64,000 nucleotides of DNA. Source: Methanothrix sp. (GTDB taxonomy: Archaea > Halobacteriota > Methanosarcinia > Methanotrichales > Methanotrichaceae). The notes beneath the pieces were generated by a model. The model was not told the DNA's origin, did no database searches, and worked only from the letters and a program-made list of their open reading frames with translations. Position numbers and translations under genes: made by a program. Where the stretch lies: assembly GCA_026394565.1 (NCBI GenBank), contig JAPKYA010000042.1, positions 1,803-65,802 of the forward strand. Direction: 5' to 3'. Below are positions 57,684 through 64,000 of this stretch, piece by piece. Every line of letters starts with the position of its first letter. Position 1 is the stretch's first letter.

Positions 57684-58927
57684 ATATTTTCCTCCAGCCG
57701 GAATAGCTCACAAACAGCCTTAAGGACCTCTGTGTCCCCTTGCTCCGCCGCCCGCTTGAGTGTCTTGGTGGGCTCGGAGAACAGCTTGTTTACAATGGAG
57801 TGGCTCATGTCCTTCAGTACCTGCTGCTCGATCTCGCCCAGAGTATGCCTGGCTGAGAGCTTGTTCATGGCCCGCTTGACCTCTTGATCCTTGACGACCT
57901 CGGCTTTGGAATAGAGTCGGGCCAGCAGATCTTCCGCCTGCTTTCTCTTATATTTGGCCTTGAGAAGCTGCATTTCCTCGGCGATGATGGCCTCGACATG
58001 ATTGGCCTCCGCCATCCGTTGCAGCATGTTCTCGCTGCTGATATTCTTCAGGCTGTCAATGTTATGCAGCTCCACACCCGCAACCTCTGCCGCAGCCTCG
58101 TCTACGTCTCTGGGATTGGCAATATCTATTATGAGCAGCTTGCTGTCTCTATCGGCCATGGCCTTCTCGATATCCTCTTTGAGCAAAATGTAATGGGGCG
58201 CAGAGGTGGCGCTGATAACCACATCGGCCGTCTTAAGGCGAGTTTTCATCTCCTCATAAGGCACGGCCTTCGCACCCAGGCACTCGGCCAGACACTGGGC
58301 TGAGCTGTAGGTCCTGTTGGTAACCGCCAGCGATCCGATATCCTTGGCCAGAAGCGCTCGTGATATCAGCTCTCCCGTCTCCCCTGCGCCAATCACCAGA
58401 ACCGACAATCCCCTCAAATCCCCGAGAATTTTTTCGGCCAGGTCAACGGCGGCAGAGCCTACGGATACGGACCTCTCGTTAATTTGGGTCTCTTTCCTTA
58501 CCCGTTTTCCGACAGCTATGGCTTTTTTAAAGGCCGTATCCAGCATCCACCCAGTCGTTCCCGCCCTGGCCGCCTCCTGCACCAGCTCCTTCATCTGACC
58601 CAGGATCTGATCCTCGCCGATGATCATGGACTCAAGTCCCGAGGCCAGGCGCAAGAGGTGAAGAAGGGACTCATCATGATCATGAAAATCGATTATGCGA
58701 GAAGAGACGCGCGCCTTTTTGGCCAGGTCGAAGAGCACCTTCTCGCCGCGCGCGCTGACGACATAAATCTCGACACGATTGCAGGTCTTGAGCACAGCGC
58801 ACTCTTCCACCCTCTCCTGCGAGCCCACCCATTTGAGAAGGGTCTGTACATCTCCGTGCCAGGCCCGCTCAATCTCATCAATGGAGGCCTTGCGGTGTGT
58901 CACCAGCATCGAGGCTATCTCGCTCAT
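57680..58927 (-). CDS. hemA: Glutamyl-tRNA reductase
   Basis: TCNRVE, ASGLESMIIGEDQILGQ, GAGETG and DIANPRD. Start placed at MSEIAS. Confidence 0.95.
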   Translation of the reverse strand: MSEIASMLVTHRKASIDEIERAWHGDVQTLLKWVGSQERVEECAVLKTCNRVEIYVVSARGEKVLFDLAKKARVSSRIIDFHDHDESLLHLLRLASGLESMIIGEDQILGQMKELVQEAARAGTTGWMLDTAFKKAIAVGKRVRKETQINERSVSVGSAAVDLAEKILGDLRGLSVLVIGAGETGELISRALLAKDIGSLAVTNRTYSSAQCLAECLGAKAVPYEEMKTRLKTADVVISATSAPHYILLKEDIEKAMADRDSKLLIIDIANPRDVDEAAAEVAGVELHNIDSLKNISSENMLQRMAEANHVEAIIAEEMQLLKAKYKRKQAEDLLARLYSKAEVVKDQEVKRAMNKLSARHTLGEIEQQVLKDMSHSIVNKLFSEPTKTLKRAAEQGDTEVLKAVCELFRLEENI

Positions 58928-59585
58928 CAAGGCAAACATGTGAGCGGGCTTTCATATAGGCCTTTTCATAGGAGACCTCGAGAAGCCTCCAAACCTCATC
59001 GTCCAATAGTATCTCCCGGATTATGCGGGCGCGATCCTTCTGCATGGGCACGAGTTCTTTGTTCTCCCCCCTTATCTGAGAGAGCAGCCGGGCCATGTCC
59101 TGGTAGTTCTCAGTCAACACCTCCTCCAGGCGGAGGCGAAGGTACTTGGTAAGGCCCGGGCTTTCTGTAGAGATGGCAATGGCAATGGAGCCCCTTTGCA
59201 GAATAGAGGGAACCACCACGTCTCCGACGCCCTCCACTTTGTTCACGAGGATTTTGCGAGATCGCGCCTCCTCTTCTATGGCGCGATTTAATTCTGAGTC
59301 ACTGGTGGCAGGTATGGCGATGAATGCACCCTGCAGATATTTGCAAAAACCACAGGATAGATCGCACTTCACCAGCTCAATCTGCCTTTGCGGGTCCTTC
59401 ACCAGATCCAGCAGCCCTGGGGAGAAATCGCGGGACAATACTATCACCGGCCCATATTGAGAAAACAGCCTGGCTTTGCGCTCGCCAACGGCTCCCCCAC
59501 CGAAAATCACCACAAGCCTGGACAACAGGTCCAGAAAAAGTGGCAATCGCGGCCTTCTCGATTTATCATCTCTTTGTTCTGCCAT
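58878..59585 (-). CDS. Precorrin-2 dehydrogenase/sirohydrochlorin ferrochelatase (SirC/CysG-N type)
   Basis: LPLFLDL, GGGAVGERK, AT.D.ELN and IAIST..P. Confidence 0.88.
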   Translation of the reverse strand: MAEQRDDKSRRPRLPLFLDLLSRLVVIFGGGAVGERKARLFSQYGPVIVLSRDFSPGLLDLVKDPQRQIELVKCDLSCGFCKYLQGAFIAIPATSDSELNRAIEEEARSRKILVNKVEGVGDVVVPSILQRGSIAIAISTESPGLTKYLRLRLEEVLTENYQDMARLLSQIRGENKELVPMQKDRARIIREILLDDEVWRLLEVSYEKAYMKARSHVCLDERDSLDAGDTPQGLH

Positions 59586-59596
59586 TATCGCCTCCG

Positions 59597-60058
59597 CTAA
59601 ATCCTGGCACTGGTCTTCTTGTACTCAAACTCGCTAAAGAGCACCCTGTATTCACTTATGCCAGATCTTTGCGACAACTGATCTGCTATCTTCAGGCAGT
59701 CCTGCCGGCTTTTTGAGTGTACCATGGTGTAAAGATTATAAGGCCAGTCTTCTGCTGTAGCTCTCTCATAGCAGTGGGTGACCTCATCGACTGAGGCAAA
59801 TAGTACGCCTGCCCTTTCCAATTCCTCGGGTGCCGCCTTCCAGGCGATCAATGCATTGGCCACAATTCCCAGAGCCCTGTGACCAATGGTGGCGGCAAAG
59901 CGGCGAATTATGCCCTCATCTTGCAGGGCGCGCAGGCGCTCTATGACCTCCTGCTCGGATAGGCCCATCATATCTCCAAATACCTGATAGGGCCGCATTG
60001 TCATCTGCACTCCGTCCTGGACGATCTTGAGGAGGTCAAGATCTTTTTGATCCATCAT
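59597..60058 (-). CDS. Siroheme decarboxylase subunit (AhbB/NirH-like, Lrp fold)
   Basis: GIIRRFAA..H..LG..N, VTHCYER and WPYNLYTMVH; located in the heme cluster. Confidence 0.85.
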   Translation of the reverse strand: MMDQKDLDLLKIVQDGVQMTMRPYQVFGDMMGLSEQEVIERLRALQDEGIIRRFAATIGHRALGIVANALIAWKAAPEELERAGVLFASVDEVTHCYERATAEDWPYNLYTMVHSKSRQDCLKIADQLSQRSGISEYRVLFSEFEYKKTSARI

Positions 60059-62187
60059 TGCCACCCCAGCGGGTCCTGGAATGGATAACGATCTACGCCG
60101 CCCCCGGGAATTTTGCGCGGCACATCTCCTGGATTTCCCAAGACCTCGTGGTCGCTCCAGAAGTTGCCGCCAGCAATTGGCCCGGCGTCCCACTGGTTTT
60201 GCCCGTTATCCGCAGCGTTCTGGATGCCATTTTTCGCGAAGATGTTATGGTAGAGCAAAAATCCGGCGCAGTCCACTAAATTAGCGCCCGCGATCTGGTT
60301 ATCGTAGATGTTGTTCTCGGTGATGTTGCAGTCCTTAGAGCTGCTCATGCGCAGGCCAAAACGGCTATTCTCACCCAGGGTATTTCCCCGGACGGCCAGC
60401 CGGCGAGAGGACTGGACATAAATTCCCTGGCCGTTTCTCAGGGCGATGTTGCTCTGGACAACAGCCTCTGATAGCTGCTGTAATGAGATGCCGTCCATCT
60501 TGTTCGCACTGGCGTTATTTGCTTGCAGGAAACAGGAGTTACTGCCAGTGAGGGATATGCCTCGATCGTTGGAAAACGCGGCATTTCCGATAAGGGTGCA
60601 ATTATGGGATTTGCTGAGTTGCACCCCATCCTCCAGGTTTTTGCCGGTGCTGCAGTTTTGAATCCTGCATAGCCGAGATCCATAAATTGCTATGCCGCTT
60701 TGGCTGGACGTTACTATGCACTCCAATAGGCTCAGGCCCCCTGCCCCGTCCGCCCGGAAGCCCTCGGCAGAGCAATTGCGGGCCTGGTCATAGGCAAACC
60801 GGCAGCCGGATGATTCCTCGGCTGCAAAACCGGTCTTGCATTCTATTGCCTTGCAGCGGGATATAGTGCAGGCCAGGCTGTCCAGAAGGAGAAATCCCTT
60901 TTCCGCCCAGGAGATGCTGCTGTTTTGGATATTGCAGTTGGTGGAATTGACCAGCAGCACGCCCGTGCTGCTGTTTTTTATGGTCAAGTTGGCGGCACGA
61001 ATGTTTTTGCAGGATATGAGCCCCAAAAAGCCGCAGTGCGTTGGCACCATGAGATCGGTTTTTCCTACCAGGTAACAGATGGGCTTATCGTCTGCCAGAT
61101 TGCTCAGGTCGATGTCCTGTACAAAGAATTCATGACTTGGTGATCCTGACCGGCCCGAAGCGGGCTCAAGGCGCAGGTTGTAAGAGTTTTCCATAAGGAC
61201 GTTCTCCCGCAGCATATTTTTCGTGCAGCCGCGCAAAGATATTCCATAGAGATTCCGGTATGCCTGGTTGGAGACGAGAGCATTTTCCGCCGAGCCCTGA
61301 AGAAGGATGCCGTTGCCGTTATCGGAAAGATTATTGCTCTCCAGAAGGTTTTGATCGGCTCCTTCTCCGAATATTCCCGCCCGCTCGTTCTTCTCACAGA
61401 TGTTGCCGGAAATGTTGCAGCTATGCGACCCCCTCAGGCTTATGCCGACTTTGCCGCCTGTTATGAAGTTTTTCGTCAGGTTACTGTTGCTTGAATCGAC
61501 AACATCAAGACCGCTTATATAGCCGCGAGACATGTTGTTATGGGAGACGGTGTTGCCATGGGATCTGGTGAGGACTACTCCAAATCCGTTTCCGGAAAAT
61601 GTGTTATTGACGACTGCATTTCCTCGGGAGTCTTCTATCAGCACCCCCTGCGAAGCAGAGATTTGGCAGTCGGCGATCATGCCATCCCGTGTGCCGTTGA
61701 TTCTTATGGCCGTGTCGCCCGAGATGGTGCAGCGCAGAACCTCATTTTTCCCAGCGAAGATCTCAATACCCTGTGGTGAATCGATCAGGCAATCCCATAC
61801 GGAATTATTCTCATCGGTCACTTTGACGGCCGTCGCGATGCCGGCTATGGTGCAGCGGACGAGTTGATTGTCTGGGGCGGCGAGGCTGACGGCGGCATCA
61901 TTTCCGCCGGCCTTTATGGCGATGTCGGATATCCTGCAGCCGGGCGCAGTTACCGCCAATGATCCTTCTACAATTACGGGACCTCGGCCGGAGATGTTCA
62001 CGCTTTTATCCACAATAGCTCCTGCATAATTTCCTGGCTGGATTTGAATCATATCACCATTGCCGGCCAGGTGGATGGCGGCCAGAAGCGTCTTAGCATC
62101 TCCCGATTCACCCGGATCGACAATCACGGTCTTGGCCTGGCAACAAGATACGAGAAGTAAGAGAAAGAAGGCAGTGCATAGTTTCAT
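60055..62187 (-). CDS. Exported NosD/CASH right-handed beta-helix protein
   Basis: Signal peptide, many GI.L..S.NN.I..N repeats and a C-terminal GGNFWSD..DRYP motif. Confidence 0.88.
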   Translation of the reverse strand: MKLCTAFFLLLLVSCCQAKTVIVDPGESGDAKTLLAAIHLAGNGDMIQIQPGNYAGAIVDKSVNISGRGPVIVEGSLAVTAPGCRISDIAIKAGGNDAAVSLAAPDNQLVRCTIAGIATAVKVTDENNSVWDCLIDSPQGIEIFAGKNEVLRCTISGDTAIRINGTRDGMIADCQISASQGVLIEDSRGNAVVNNTFSGNGFGVVLTRSHGNTVSHNNMSRGYISGLDVVDSSNSNLTKNFITGGKVGISLRGSHSCNISGNICEKNERAGIFGEGADQNLLESNNLSDNGNGILLQGSAENALVSNQAYRNLYGISLRGCTKNMLRENVLMENSYNLRLEPASGRSGSPSHEFFVQDIDLSNLADDKPICYLVGKTDLMVPTHCGFLGLISCKNIRAANLTIKNSSTGVLLVNSTNCNIQNSSISWAEKGFLLLDSLACTISRCKAIECKTGFAAEESSGCRFAYDQARNCSAEGFRADGAGGLSLLECIVTSSQSGIAIYGSRLCRIQNCSTGKNLEDGVQLSKSHNCTLIGNAAFSNDRGISLTGSNSCFLQANNASANKMDGISLQQLSEAVVQSNIALRNGQGIYVQSSRRLAVRGNTLGENSRFGLRMSSSKDCNITENNIYDNQIAGANLVDCAGFLLYHNIFAKNGIQNAADNGQNQWDAGPIAGGNFWSDHEVLGNPGDVPRKIPGGGVDRYPFQDPLGWQ

Positions 62188-62291
62188 CTTGCCTGATTTA
62201 TGCGTTTTCAGGCTATTAAATCTATGGCGGTCGGTAGAAAGATAGAAATATGCAAATCTATTACTCTTATTTTAAGCAGGGAAGGATTCTC

Positions 62292-63560
62292 ATGGCAGCA
62301 TTTCGTATACTCATTATTGAAGACGATCCCGAGCATGCCGAGCTGATTAGAATGGGCTTTAGAAGGCATGATGAATTCTTCTTAGACTTTGCCGCCACGG
62401 GAGAGGGGGGGCTGGAGATGATCGCTGCCACCGCTTATGACCTTATCTCCGTGGACCTGGTCTTGCCAGGCATTGGGGGCCTGGATGTTCTGGTGAGGAT
62501 CAGAAAGCTTGATCCGGACATCCCCGTGGTCATGGTTTCCGGCCACGGCACTACAGAGATGGCAGTGGTGGCCTTTGAGAACAGGGCAACCAAATATGTG
62601 GTCAAGAGCCTGGAAAGCTTCAAGAGCCTTCCTTATGTCTTCGAGAACCTCATTCAAGAGGCCAGATTCAAGGTTAACGAAAGAGCAATGCGCGGACAGA
62701 TCGAGCGATCAGAGAGAATCCACAGAAATATTGTGGAGAACGCTCTGGCAGGCATTTACATTTTGCAGGATGGAGCCTTCCGGCTTGTCAATCCCAAGCT
62801 GGGAGAGATATTCGGCTGCTCTGCACAGAGCCTGCTTGGCCTGCCCTTCTGGCAGCTCGTGAAGCCCGATGATATGCAGTGCGTGAGCCGCCTGCAGCGC
62901 GACTTGCCGTCCGATATACCAGTTTATGAGTCGAAGGTGCAGCGCAAAGACGGAAGCTGTCGCTGGATCGAGTTTCGGACCGTTCCCATCGAGTACGAAG
63001 GCAAGAGAGCAATCCTGGGCAATCTTCTGGACATAACGGCAAGAAAGGAGCTGGAGATTGGGATAATACAGGCAAACCGGGAGCTTGCCGCCCTCGACGG
63101 CATAATGCAGACCAGTTTGCCATCATCGGAGGATATGGATAAGAGGCTGGCCGATGCCCTGGTTCATCTCATTGCGGGCATGGGTGGTGCAGAAGTGGGC
63201 GGAGTATTTCTCAGGGAAGAGAGCGGCCTGGTGCTGCGGGCGTTGCAAGGATCCGTGGAGGAGCTAATTGAGTTTATCAAGGGAATGGAATCATGCCTGC
63301 TTCTGGGCCAGCCTTGTGTCCAAAAATGCCAGGCGGGCTCAAAGCGTTGCTGGATGTCGGCACCCATAATCAGTGCAGGCGATCAAAAGGGAGCTGTGGT
63401 CGTTGCCTGTGCTGATGAAAATGGCGCATATTGCCTCAACTTTCTGGAAAAGGCAGCCGGACGTATCGGCCATCTCCTCAATGTGTGCGGCCCCCAAAAA
63501 ATGATGCTTCCCTCTGTGGAGCTGCTGGCCCAGATCAAAACCAGTTCCGCTCCGGGCTAA
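62292..63560 (+). CDS. Response regulator receiver + PAS domain protein
   Basis: ILIIEDD, D(L)VLPG..G.D, VVMVSG and YVVK receiver motifs; PAS/PAC with DITARKE; degenerate GAF-like tail. Confidence 0.82.
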   Translation: MAAFRILIIEDDPEHAELIRMGFRRHDEFFLDFAATGEGGLEMIAATAYDLISVDLVLPGIGGLDVLVRIRKLDPDIPVVMVSGHGTTEMAVVAFENRATKYVVKSLESFKSLPYVFENLIQEARFKVNERAMRGQIERSERIHRNIVENALAGIYILQDGAFRLVNPKLGEIFGCSAQSLLGLPFWQLVKPDDMQCVSRLQRDLPSDIPVYESKVQRKDGSCRWIEFRTVPIEYEGKRAILGNLLDITARKELEIGIIQANRELAALDGIMQTSLPSSEDMDKRLADALVHLIAGMGGAEVGGVFLREESGLVLRALQGSVEELIEFIKGMESCLLLGQPCVQKCQAGSKRCWMSAPIISAGDQKGAVVVACADENGAYCLNFLEKAAGRIGHLLNVCGPQKMMLPSVELLAQIKTSSAPG

Positions 63561-63611
63561 AGATCTCAGAGCGAGCTGCGAAAAACACGCACACGCTGCT
63601 AAATCATTCAA

Positions 63612-64000
63612 TCAGCCAAAGAAATCATTGAGCCAGTCCACCTGGCCGGCAGGAAGCTTAAGCCTTCCCTGGATTATTCTCGTCACCAGCTCTGCCACCT
63701 CTTGGGAACTCTTTCCGGTTGTGTCTATCTCATCAACCTGGGCGCAAAGCTCTACCGCCTCGACCAAAATAACATCCAGTGCTTCCGCTTCCAGGTTTTC
63801 CCTTATTTTTTGGGCAGAGTAGCCTCGTGCCTCCAGGCGCGGCCCGAGCACAGAGGGAGATAGCCGCAGGACAATGGACCAGTCTGCAAAGTGATGGGAG
63901 AAATGACCTTCCAGGATGAAGGTCTCGTCCGGATCCAGCTTTGCCAGATGATCCGCCAGGGCATCCATATCCGCCTCCAGGCAGCCCCTCTCCGGATCTA
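63612..64000 (-). CDS. Adenylate kinase family (AK6/Fap7-like), 5' end outside the window
   Basis: EGHFSH, RLEARGYS..KIRENLEAEALD and EIDTT motifs. Confidence 0.85.
   Translation of the reverse strand, partial: DPERGCLEADMDALADHLAKLDPDETFILEGHFSHHFADWSIVLRLSPSVLGPRLEARGYSAQKIRENLEAEALDVILVEAVELCAQVDEIDTTGKSSQEVAELVTRIIQGRLKLPAGQVDWLNDFFG

Noticed and set aside
1-64000. CRISPR array, rRNA, integrase or prophage genes
   Set aside because: No regularly spaced repeats, rRNA-like tracts or recognisable integrase/phage proteins were seen on manual reading.

Overview
A 64 kb archaeal chromosomal window. The protein set (Trm56, AglB, geranylgeranyl reductase, R15P isomerase, archaeal RecJ/DnaJ-type DHH protein, Ahb/Hem genes, NosD-type surface proteins) points to a methanogen, most likely Methanothrix/Methanosaeta-like; this is inference from recalled family features, and no search was run. 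From left to right: (1) a tightly coupled four-gene operon (35-8059) encoding a 1394-aa repeat-rich exported protein, a C-terminally anchored exported protein, a polytopic membrane protein and a divergent tubulin/FtsZ/CetZ-family GTPase, which is the best candidate for an undescribed system; (2) a catalase remnant split by a 277-bp MITE with an 8-bp target duplication; (3) an exported thioredoxin/CcdA module; (4) feoB beside a collapsed type III restriction-modification locus and a DUF1828-type gene bracketed by 51-bp direct repeats; (5) an NLR-like CHAT-NTPase-TPR protein whose CHAT dyad appears lost; (6) housekeeping genes (recJ-like, trm56, tpiA, GGR, hisHF); (7) an ~18 kb nitrogen-assimilation/redox cluster (FMN glutamate-synthase-like gene, amtB-glnK, split gltB genes coupled to an Fdh-like enzyme, glnA, SudAB/NfnAB-like genes, a second Fdh), in which the four N-assimilation promoters carry a TTCATAA-N3-TTATGAA palindrome; (8) an IS630 remnant, aglB, heme/siroheme genes, a NosD protein, a REC-PAS protein and a partial adenylate kinase. 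No rRNA, convincing tRNA or CRISPR array was seen.
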